Below the pieces are notes generated by a model. The model was not told the origin of the DNA, did not search any database, and was given only the letters and a program-made list of their open reading frames with translations. Below, one piece after another: positions 1 to 8,137 of a DNA stretch of 64,000 bases (position 1 is its first letter; every line of letters starts with the position of its first letter). The DNA is taken from the NCBI GenBank assembly GCA_028865035.1, contig JAGWLB010000001.1, positions 6,673 to 70,672 of the forward strand, written 5' to 3'. Made by a program: the position numbers and the translations under genes. This stretch comes from Patescibacteria group bacterium. GTDB lineage: Bacteria; Patescibacteriota; Minisyncoccia; Phycocordibacterales; UBA9973.

Positions 1-416
1 AGATTGCTGTATATTCAAATGATGAACACATTGACCCTGTAGGATCTTGCGTAGGACAGAAAGGTATTCGTGTCGTGACTGTTATGAGTGAATTAAATGG
101 AGAAAAAATAGATATTATTCCTTGGTCTTCAGATATAACTGAATACATATCTAGTTCTTTATCTCCAGCTCACGTTCTTGATATTCAAATTATGGAAGAA
201 GAGCACAAAGCTATTGTTGAAGTTGCTACTGATCAACTTTCTCTTGCTATAGGTAAAGGTGGTCAAAATGTACGTTTAGCTGCAAAGCTTACAGGCTGGA
301 GGATCGACATCAAGGGAACTACTGGCGAAATTATCGCAAACGAAAATGATATAATAAAAGATAACGAAGCTGTATCTCTAGATGAAGGTCTAGTTGATGA
401 TGGCACTGATAAATAA
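1..416 (+). CDS. nusA: Transcription termination/antitermination factor NusA, C-terminal part (5' truncated by window edge)
   Basis: Frame is open from the window start: IDPVGSCVGQKGIRV...EKIDII and QLSLAIGKGGQNVRLAAKLTGWRIDI, the NusA KH1/KH2 signatures. Confidence 0.95.
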   Translation, partial: IAVYSNDEHIDPVGSCVGQKGIRVVTVMSELNGEKIDIIPWSSDITEYISSSLSPAHVLDIQIMEEEHKAIVEVATDQLSLAIGKGGQNVRLAAKLTGWRIDIKGTTGEIIANENDIIKDNEAVSLDEGLVDDGTDK

Positions 417-438
417 TTAATAGTTAATTAAATTTTTT

Positions 439-1026
439 ATGGCAAATATAAACCACAAACCATCTAAATATATGTTGAATTTGTTGCACGTACTTCCTCC
501 TTTTTCTGATGAAAGTAACAAAGTTGCAAATGTAATTATTGAAAATAATGCTGGATCAAGAAATAAATATGAAATCATTACTGAAAGTGGGCAATTAAAG
601 CTTGACCGAGTAGGATACTCACCTCTTGTTTATCCTTTTGCCTATGGAGCCATCCCTATGACTTGGGACGAAGATAACGACCCTCTTGATATCGTTGTGG
701 CAAATGTAACTGAGGCTTTTGTTCCTGGATCGTTAGTTGAGATTCGTATCATTGGTGTTATGAAATTTATAGATTCTGGAGAAGTAGATGATAAAGTCAT
801 AGGTGTTGTCAACGATGATAAAAAGAACGATCACATAAAGACTATTGAAGACCTTGGCGAATATTTTAAAATCGAAACAAAATACTTCTGGGAAAAATAT
901 AAAGAATTAAAAAAACCAGGAACTGGTGAGGTTAAAGAATTCTTTGGTGCCGATGAAGCTGTGAAAATCATAAATGAATGCAAAGAGAGGTACCAAAAAG
1001 AATACGCACCAAAATTAGAAGAATAA
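439..1026 (+). CDS. ppa: Family I inorganic pyrophosphatase
   Basis: RNKYE, LDR, YPFAYG, DNDPLD and DSGEVDDK motifs. Confidence 0.93.
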   Translation: MANINHKPSKYMLNLLHVLPPFSDESNKVANVIIENNAGSRNKYEIITESGQLKLDRVGYSPLVYPFAYGAIPMTWDEDNDPLDIVVANVTEAFVPGSLVEIRIIGVMKFIDSGEVDDKVIGVVNDDKKNDHIKTIEDLGEYFKIETKYFWEKYKELKKPGTGEVKEFFGADEAVKIINECKERYQKEYAPKLEE

Positions 1027-1039
1027 GAGAATATAATTT

Positions 1040-2113
1040 ATGAAAACAACAATAAAAAAACTCGATAAAAGTGAGGTTGAGATTTCAAGTGTATTACCTA
1101 GTGAAGAATTTAAAAAATATGAAAGTAAGGCTATATCTCATATAGGAGAAAGGCTTGAATTACCAGGCTTTCGTAAAGGTAAAGCTCCAGAAAATGTAGT
1201 CCGAGAGCATGCGACCGAAATGATGATTCTAGAAGAGATGGCTGAACTTGCGATTCAAGATATTTACCCAAAAATAATCGAAGAGGAAAAGATAGATGCT
1301 ATTGGCCGTCCTCAAGTATCTATTACTAAAATTGCAAAAGGAGAAGATCTAGAATTCAAAATTATAACTGCAATCATACCAGAAATGGCATTGCCAGATT
1401 ACAAAAAACTAGCTAATAGAGTTAAGAAAGAAAACCCGGAAGTAAAAGTAGAAGTTGATGAAGCAGAAGTAGACAAAACAATTCTTGAACTTCGTAAAAT
1501 GCGTGCCGAGCAATCACGTAACGCAAATCACGAAGGTCATGAAGATATGAGCGCAGAAGAACATGCAAAAGCTCATCCAGAAATAAAAGAGAGCGACTAT
1601 CCCCCATTTGATGATGATTTCGCGAAATCATTTGGTGATTTCGAGAACGCTGAAGCTTTCAAAAATAAAATTCGTGAAAATATGAAAATTGAAAAAGAGA
1701 CCATCGAGAAAGATAAACTTCGTATGAAAATAGTTGAGGAACTTTTAAAAGAGACCTCTGGAGAAATACCAGAAATCTTTATTCAAACAGAAATCGATAA
1801 AATACTTTACAGACTTCAAGCAGATATCACAAACGCTGGGTTAAAATTTGAAGATTATTTGGTCCAAATCAAAAAAACAGAAGAAGATTTACGCAATGAA
1901 TGGCGAGATGATGCAGAAAAGCGTGCTAAACTTCAAATAGTTATTCACAATATTTCTGAAAAAGAGAATATTAAACCTACCGAAGAAGAAATAACAAAAG
2001 AAGTAGACAATATTATGACTATGTACAAAGACGCCGATCCCGCTCGTGCTCGAGCATATATAGAAAATATGCTTGAAAATGAAAAAGTTTTCACTTTTCT
2101 AGAAAACCAATAA
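1040..2113 (+). CDS. tig: Trigger factor lacking the FKBP PPIase domain
   Basis: GFRKGKAP ribosome-binding motif, C-terminal helical domain, position directly upstream of clpP. Confidence 0.92.
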   Translation: MKTTIKKLDKSEVEISSVLPSEEFKKYESKAISHIGERLELPGFRKGKAPENVVREHATEMMILEEMAELAIQDIYPKIIEEEKIDAIGRPQVSITKIAKGEDLEFKIITAIIPEMALPDYKKLANRVKKENPEVKVEVDEAEVDKTILELRKMRAEQSRNANHEGHEDMSAEEHAKAHPEIKESDYPPFDDDFAKSFGDFENAEAFKNKIRENMKIEKETIEKDKLRMKIVEELLKETSGEIPEIFIQTEIDKILYRLQADITNAGLKFEDYLVQIKKTEEDLRNEWRDDAEKRAKLQIVIHNISEKENIKPTEEEITKEVDNIMTMYKDADPARARAYIENMLENEKVFTFLENQ

Positions 2114-2155
2114 AAACACTCTGGCAGATTATAATTATTTTGCTATACTACTAGT

Positions 2156-2749
2156 ATGCTTATACCAACAGTTATAGAAAAATCACAATTTGGAGAACGA
2201 GCTTATGATATATACTCTCGCCTTTTAAATGAGCGTATTATATTCTTGGGCGGGCCTATAGATGACCACGTTGCAAACCTAATTATTGCTCAGCTTCTTT
2301 ATCTTGACCATACAGATTCAAAAAAAGATATTCATCTTTATATTAACTCCCCTGGCGGTTCAGTTACTGCAGGGCTTGCAATACTAGATACGATGAATTT
2401 TGTTAAAGCAGATGTATCCACTATATGTGTCGGAATTGCTGCTTCTATGGGTGCCGTACTTCTCTCTGGTGGTACAAAAGGCAAGAGATTTGCTTTACCG
2501 AATTCAGAGGTTATGATTCACCAAGTTATGGGTGGAGCTGAAGGTCAAGCTTCAGATATTGCTATCAATGCAAAGCATATTCTCCGCACAAAAGAAACAC
2601 TGAACAAATTACTTGCCAAGAACACTAATCGCAGTGTGGCACAAGTAGAAAAAGATTCAGACCGTGATTACTATATGACGGCTGATGAGGCAAAGAAATA
2701 CGGTATCATCGATGATATTGTTTCAAAACCAAAAGCTGATAAAAAATAA
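2156..2749 (+). CDS. clpP: ATP-dependent Clp protease proteolytic subunit
   Basis: [19 protein letters not shown] (catalytic Ser), MIHQ (catalytic His). Confidence 0.97.
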   Translation: MLIPTVIEKSQFGERAYDIYSRLLNERIIFLGGPIDDHVANLIIAQLLYLDHTDSKKDIHLYINSPGGSVTAGLAILDTMNFVKADVSTICVGIAASMGAVLLSGGTKGKRFALPNSEVMIHQVMGGAEGQASDIAINAKHILRTKETLNKLLAKNTNRSVAQVEKDSDRDYYMTADEAKKYGIIDDIVSKPKADKK

Positions 2750-2795
2750 GACAGCATTTTCTAAAACTATCTAAATAATTTAAGAATATTAAAAT

Positions 2796-3548
2796 ATGCA
2801 AATAATTTTGGCCATTATCTTAGTAATAATTTTGATCTATTTTATAAAAAAAGAAATAGATGCAAAAAATATGGCAGAGGAATCTTTTATTTCTATTGTG
2901 AACCATACTTTTCGAACTCCTTTAACTAACATAAAGTGGATGAGTGAAGCTCTAAGTAAAGGTATGTCACCAGAAGAGCAAAAGCAGATGTCCCAAAACT
3001 TAGAGAATTCTACGAATAGACTTCTTGGTATTATAGATACTTTAGCTGGTATCAAAGATATACATAACTCTGCCGCCTACGAGCTTAAAGCAGTGTCTAT
3101 AAATGAATTAGTAGTTGACTCTATCAGGAGGTATCGCATCCCTCTGAATGAAAAAAAGATTAATCTATCATTACCAACACTAAAAGACATTCCACTTTTG
3201 AGTATTGATACAAAGAAAATTTCATTTGTTATTCAAGTTATTTTAGAAAACGCTATTCTTTATTCTAAAGAGAATGGTAGTGTTATGATTTATACTGAAA
3301 TTTATAAGAACAGTCTAATACTGTCTATTGAAGATAATGGTATCGGCTTATCACATAAAGATAAGAGAAACATTTTCAAACGTTTTTATCGTGGTGAGAT
3401 TGCCAAGAAGATGAACACAGATGGTATGGGTTTGGGTTTATATATGTCTAAAGAAATAATACGTAGACATAAAGGCCGTATTAAGGCTTTCTCAAAGGGT
3501 GTTGATCAAGGCACTACTTTTTATATTATATTACCAATTAAGAAATAG
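2796..3548 (+). CDS. Orphan membrane-anchored histidine kinase-like protein (HisKA + HATPase)
   Basis: One N-terminal TM segment, H-box HTFRTPL, N-box ENAILY, DNGIG, F-box FKRFYR, GMGLGL. Confidence 0.85.
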   Translation: MQIILAIILVIILIYFIKKEIDAKNMAEESFISIVNHTFRTPLTNIKWMSEALSKGMSPEEQKQMSQNLENSTNRLLGIIDTLAGIKDIHNSAAYELKAVSINELVVDSIRRYRIPLNEKKINLSLPTLKDIPLLSIDTKKISFVIQVILENAILYSKENGSVMIYTEIYKNSLILSIEDNGIGLSHKDKRNIFKRFYRGEIAKKMNTDGMGLGLYMSKEIIRRHKGRIKAFSKGVDQGTTFYIILPIKK

Positions 3549-3773
3549 CCTTGCGTTAGAATCTCGACAAATATCATCTTTTGCGGTATTATGAGCATAT
3601 CGAATTTTAACAGTTAGTAAATGTTTTCTTTTAAAATACGGTTTATCTCTGGTATAAATTACGAAATTATTTTATGTATAAAAGTTTTATCTCGACAGCG
3701 TTTTTAAGAATATCCATGATATAACTCGACCATAATAGGCCTTGTGTATTTTTTAAGTGACATTATCACTTAT

Positions 3774-5300
3774 ATGAATTTAATAGCAATAATCATTTCC
3801 GCTTTAACGCTTTTGCTAGGTGTTGGAGTTGGATACTATTTGCGCCTCATTATCTCGCTTGGGAAAAAAGGTTCTATGGAACTTGAAATAAAGCAGATAA
3901 TGCTAGGAGCAAAAGAAGAAGCACAAAGAGTTCTCGATGAAGCAAAGAAAAAGGCTGAGGAACGCATCGACCAATCTCAAACTGAATTAAAAAAGAAAGA
4001 GGATGAATTAAAACAAACAGAACATCGTTTAATAAAAAAAGAAGAACTCATAGATGCTCGCCAAGTTGAAAACGATCGCGAGGTTGAAAATATAAAAATA
4101 AAAATTGAAGAAGTAAAAAAGATAAAAGAGAGATTAGAAGGCGTAGAATCAGAAAAGGAAAAGGAACTTGAAAAAGTTGCTCAATTATCCAAGGAAGAAG
4201 CTCGCGAAAATCTATTAAAAACTATAGAGACTAGGTACGAGGAAGACTTGCTGGTTCGTATGCAAAAAATGGAAACAGCAAATACTGAAAAGCTTGACCG
4301 AAGAGCGAAAGATATATTGGCAGCTAGTATAAATAGACTAGCATCTTCCACAGCAAGTGAAATGATGACTACTTCTGTCGAAATTCCAAACGATGATATA
4401 AAAGGTAAGATTATTGGTAAAGAAGGTAGAAATATTCGCGCCTTTGAAAAATCCTCTGGTGTAGAATTAATTATCGACGAGACCCCAGGGGCTATAGTTA
4501 TCTCTTCTTTTGATCCTGTACGCCGCCAGGTTGCAAGGCTTGCTCTTGAGAACTTAATTCTCGACGGCCGTATCCAGCCAGCGAAGATAGAAGAAGTTGT
4601 CGCAAAAGCAGCGGAAGATATAAATAAAATTATTAAAGATAAAGGAGACCAAGCAGTATACGAGTGTGGCATATTTAATCTTGATCCACGTATCGTAGCT
4701 ATAGTCGGACGTTTATACTTCCGTACCTCATATGGCCAGAATGTTTTACAGCACTCCATCGAGATGGCGCATATTGCCGGTATGCTCGCCGAAGAACTTG
4801 GGGCTGATATTCAAGTAGCTAAAGCCGGTGCTCTTGTGCATGATATAGGTAAGGCTCTTGATCACGAAGTTCAAGGTACTCACATCGATATTGGTATTCG
4901 TATTTTACAGAAATTTGGAGCAGACCCTCGAATTATTACTGCAATGAAGAGTCATCATGATGATTGTCCTCACGAGTCGATTGAAGCCGTTATCGTTCAG
5001 ACAGCTGATATGATATCTGGCGGCAGGCCTGGTGCACGTCGTGACTCCGTAGAGAACTATATCAAGCGTTTACAAGATCTAGAAGCAATTACTAAAACAT
5101 TTGAAGGAGTCGAGAAATCTTACGCTCTTGCTGCAGGCCGTGAAATTCGTATTTTCGTCACTCCAGAGAAAGTAAATGATATCGAAGCTAAAGATATGGC
5201 CCGTGCTATCGCTCTGAAGATAGAACAAGAACTTAAATATCCTGGTGAAATCAAAGTCACGATGATCCGAGAGAATCGCATTGTCGAATACGCAAGATAA
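3774..5300 (+). CDS. rny: Ribonuclease Y
   Basis: N-terminal TM, coiled coil, KH motif KGKIIGKEGRNIR, HD motif VHDIGK; start moved to ATG 3774, 7 nt after a TGaCATTAT -10 box. Confidence 0.96.
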   Translation: MNLIAIIISALTLLLGVGVGYYLRLIISLGKKGSMELEIKQIMLGAKEEAQRVLDEAKKKAEERIDQSQTELKKKEDELKQTEHRLIKKEELIDARQVENDREVENIKIKIEEVKKIKERLEGVESEKEKELEKVAQLSKEEARENLLKTIETRYEEDLLVRMQKMETANTEKLDRRAKDILAASINRLASSTASEMMTTSVEIPNDDIKGKIIGKEGRNIRAFEKSSGVELIIDETPGAIVISSFDPVRRQVARLALENLILDGRIQPAKIEEVVAKAAEDINKIIKDKGDQAVYECGIFNLDPRIVAIVGRLYFRTSYGQNVLQHSIEMAHIAGMLAEELGADIQVAKAGALVHDIGKALDHEVQGTHIDIGIRILQKFGADPRIITAMKSHHDDCPHESIEAVIVQTADMISGGRPGARRDSVENYIKRLQDLEAITKTFEGVEKSYALAAGREIRIFVTPEKVNDIEAKDMARAIALKIEQELKYPGEIKVTMIRENRIVEYAR

Positions 5301-5313
5301 AAAAGTTAAGATT

Positions 5314-5347
5314 ATTAAAAACACCACATCGATGTGGTGTTTTTAAT
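5314..5347. terminator. Bidirectional intrinsic terminator (perfect 34-bp palindrome)
   Basis: attaaaaacaccacatc|gatgtggtgtttttaat between convergent rny and a small ORF. Confidence 0.8.
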
Positions 5348-5350
5348 TTA

Positions 5351-5482
5351 TTATTCTTTAGAATCATCTTTATAAGCACTAGGGTCCTCATCAGGAAGAT
5401 TGTCTAGATCTATATCAATATCATCCATATTAAATGGATCATTTTTAGGCTCTTTGTCTGTTGAACTAGCTTCTTCTGTCAT
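5351..5482 (-). CDS. Small acidic hypothetical protein (43 aa)
   Basis: MTEEASSTDKEPKNDPFNMDDIDIDLDNLPDEDPSAYKDDSKE; stop abuts the terminator. Confidence 0.5.
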   Translation of the reverse strand: MTEEASSTDKEPKNDPFNMDDIDIDLDNLPDEDPSAYKDDSKE

Positions 5483-5759
5483 AAAATTAATATAATTAAA
5501 GCTAATAATAGTAATACTCTTAGTATACCACAATATATTAGACGACTGTGCAAGGATATAATGTTTATATTTATTTATAAACTATATAAATTATAAAATA
5601 TAATGCTCATCAGTCAATCCATCAAAAAAGCTTGCGGGAAAAATCCCTTAGTATATAATAGTATTACTCCTGTTTATCAGGGATCGTTTGCAAACGGTCG
5701 AATATTATTCAGATAGCGTTCTTATATTTTTTGAAAGAAAGGTGTAAGAAAAGAAATAA

Positions 5760-6032
5760 ATGAATAAACAAGCATTAGTAGAATTAGTTCATGAAAAAAT
5801 CGGTGGTACAAAAGTACAAGCCGAAGAAGTTGTGAACGGAATGTTTGATGCTATCGTTGCTACTTTGAAAAAAGGCGGCGAAGTATCAATTGCAGGAATT
5901 GGAATCTTCTCAGTTAAAGATCGCGCAGCACGTATGGCTCGTAATCCAAAGACAGGAGAACAGGTCAAAGTTGCTGCTACCAAAGTGCCAAAATTCAGAG
6001 CCGCAAAAGCTCTGAAAGATGCTGTAAAATAA
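5760..6032 (+). CDS. hup: DNA-binding protein HU
   Basis: MNKQALV...GIGIFSVKDRAARMARNPKTGE...PKFRAAKALKDAV. Confidence 0.96.
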   Translation: MNKQALVELVHEKIGGTKVQAEEVVNGMFDAIVATLKKGGEVSIAGIGIFSVKDRAARMARNPKTGEQVKVAATKVPKFRAAKALKDAVK

Positions 6033-6069
6033 TATCTACCTGCTTAAACGCAGACATACTTATATACAG

Positions 6070-6111
6070 ATTAAAAAACCACTCTATTCTATCTACGAGT
6101 GGTTTTTTAAT
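6070..6111. terminator. Bidirectional intrinsic terminator
   Basis: attaaaaaaccactc / gagtggttttttaat stem between convergent hup and ZIP genes. Confidence 0.8.
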
Positions 6112-6134
6112 ATCTGACTGTTTTGTGAAATCTA

Positions 6135-6857
6135 TTATATAAATCTGGTAATAATAAAAATAAATATTATACCTAGTGTTGTCATTGCCACTGTTTTCAT
6201 AGAAGAATTTTTACTGTGCGCCTCAGGCAAGATATCAGATACTCCTATGTAAAGCAAAAATCCAGCAAAAAATCCAAGATACATAAGTAATGTTTTTTCA
6301 GATAAAGTAAAGAAGAATGTTGAGAAACCTCCAACTACAGGAGCAAAAGCATCTACAAATAGGAATTGTAAGGCCTTTTTGTCAGTATTCTTATGACGAA
6401 GCATCAGAGATACAGTATTTAAACCATCAGCAAAATCATGCGCAATTACAGCTAACGCTATGAATATACCTATCGTACTAGATATCTGAAAACCCAAACC
6501 AATACCAACACCATCTAAGAATGAGTGACCAGCTAAAGCAAGTGCCTGAAACTTCCCTATTGTCGGATGAGTATGAGGACCATAATTATCCTCGTGTCCA
6601 TGATGTACTAATAATAACTTTTCAGCAACGTGAAAAACCATAAACCCAACAACTAAAGCAATCATCGGGTATGTTGAATTTACACCAAGTGTTCCAGTAA
6701 GCTTGATAATTTCTGGAAAAATATCAAAAGATATTACACCAAGGATTATGCCAGCAGTTAAACCAAGGATAAGGTGCATTTTGTCTTTATACTTCAAGCC
6801 AAAAAGACCACCGAGAAATGTTGACACAAATGTGAATGAAATGAATAAGAATTGCAT
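6135..6857 (-). CDS. ZIP family (ZupT-like) metal transporter
   Basis: Multiple TM segments, His-rich loop HHGHEDNYGPHTH, HSFLDG and AHDFADG motifs, ILPEAH. Confidence 0.9.
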   Translation of the reverse strand: MQFLFISFTFVSTFLGGLFGLKYKDKMHLILGLTAGIILGVISFDIFPEIIKLTGTLGVNSTYPMIALVVGFMVFHVAEKLLLVHHGHEDNYGPHTHPTIGKFQALALAGHSFLDGVGIGLGFQISSTIGIFIALAVIAHDFADGLNTVSLMLRHKNTDKKALQFLFVDAFAPVVGGFSTFFFTLSEKTLLMYLGFFAGFLLYIGVSDILPEAHSKNSSMKTVAMTTLGIIFIFIITRFI

Positions 6858-6860
6858 ATG

Positions 6861-6933
6861 TCGGGGTGCCGGGATTCGAACCCGGAGTCGCCTGTTCCCA
6901 AAACAGGAATGTTAGCCGTTACACCACACCCCG
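6861..6933 (-). tRNA. tRNA-Pro(UGG), no encoded CCA
   Basis: Reverse complement cggggtg...cctgt-tttggga-acagg...ggttcgaatcc...caccccga folds as a cloverleaf. Confidence 0.95.
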
Positions 6934-7050
6934 AAATCTAATTATAACCTTCTTATAGTAGCATATTTTCTATTAAAAACAATTATGCTTTATATTGCTA
7001 TGAGTAGGTTTGTTTTTTTGTTAAATTTTGTTATATTAAAGCGTAGCTTT

Positions 7051-7121
7051 GCGGGATTAGTTTAGTGGTAGAACTGCAGTTTTCCAAACTGCTGGCAAGA
7101 GTTCGATTCTCTTATCCCGCA
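7051..7121 (+). tRNA. tRNA-Gly(UCC), no encoded CCA
   Basis: gcgggat...gcagt-tttccaa-actgc...gttcgatt...atcccgca. Confidence 0.95.
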
Positions 7122-7129
7122 CAATAATA

Positions 7130-7534
7130 TTAAAGTATGACATTTTCTATTGTCTTTACTCTGGCTAATCTATTTTTAATATCAAGATATACCAGAAGAA
7201 GATCAAACTGCCATGGTGTATTCCCTATTCGTTTATGAATCAGATACGTTTGAATTGTCCGTGAAAGTCGTTTCATTTTCCAAGGATGCATATTTTCTTC
7301 CGGTCTTTTAGTAAATAGATTGTCTTTTTTAAAATCTGGTAATGTTTCGCATGAAACAGATTTAACTTCCACAAAATATATTTTTGAGTCTTTTTCGGCA
7401 ATAATATCAATTTCTCCCCATTTCTTTGTATAATTTCTTTCTTTAACACTATAACCGTGTTTCATGAGAAACTTACAGGCAATATCTTCTCCTAGTTTTC
7501 CAATTATTTGAGAATTTGAAGTAAATTTTTTCAT
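7130..7534 (-). CDS. yraN: YraN family (UPF0102) PD-(D/E)XK nuclease
   Basis: GKLGEDIA, ERNY, GEIDII, FVEVK motifs. Confidence 0.9.
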   Translation of the reverse strand: MKKFTSNSQIIGKLGEDIACKFLMKHGYSVKERNYTKKWGEIDIIAEKDSKIYFVEVKSVSCETLPDFKKDNLFTKRPEENMHPWKMKRLSRTIQTYLIHKRIGNTPWQFDLLLVYLDIKNRLARVKTIENVIL

Positions 7535-7700
7535 ATAGTTTCACGTGAAACATATTTATTTTTATTGGACAATATTGAGTTAAAATAAATTGTCTTTCTA
7601 AAAAAATCCTTATATTATATGTATAAAATAATTATTTATGAAATTTAATTAAATATTCGTTGTATCTTAATAGTGTCTTTTATTAACAATGCACACACAC

Positions 7701-7745
7701 TTATCCACATATATACTAATTTTAAAGGAGATTTTCTGTGTATAA
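7701..7745. promoter_or_regulatory. Pair of inverted DnaA boxes in an AT-rich intergenic region
   Basis: TTATCCACA at 7701-7709 and TGTGTATAA at 7737-7745 (both fit TTWTNCACA). Confidence 0.55.
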
Positions 7746-7857
7746 AAGACTAATAAAGGTCAGGATTATTTTCTTATTATTTACATTTATTTTTATATTC
7801 ATTCTAATTTTTTATATAATTTCGGAGTAAAAAATTAACAAAATAATTTATTATTTG

Positions 7858-7929
7858 TGCACCCAGAGGGATTCGAACCCCCAATAACGGTTCCGAAGAC
7901 CGTCGTGATATCCATTTCACCATGGGTGC
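7858..7929 (-). tRNA. tRNA-Arg(UCG), no encoded CCA
   Basis: Reverse complement gcaccca...acggt-cttcgga-accgt...ggttcgaatcc...tgggtgca. Confidence 0.93.
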
Positions 7930-8054
7930 TTTTAGCTATTTAATTATACATTAATAATACATATTTACAATTAATATATAAATTAAGATATTTAGAGAAT
8001 AAATTGCTTTTTATACATAAAAATACTATAATCTATGCCAGTTATAAATAATAT

Positions 8055-8125
8055 GCGGGATTGGTTTAGTGGTAGAACACGTCCTTGCCAAGGATGAGAC
8101 AGGAGTTCGATTCTCCTATCCCGCA
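8055..8125 (+). tRNA. tRNA-Gly(GCC), no encoded CCA
   Basis: gcgggat...cgtcc-ttgccaa-ggatg...gttcgatt...atcccgca. Confidence 0.95.
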
Positions 8126-8137
8126 CACAATAACTTT

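Noticed and set aside
8069-8137. N-terminal extension of the CCA enzyme in the ORF track
   Set aside because: It runs through tRNA-Gly(GCC) at 8055-8125; ATG 8138 is the plausible start
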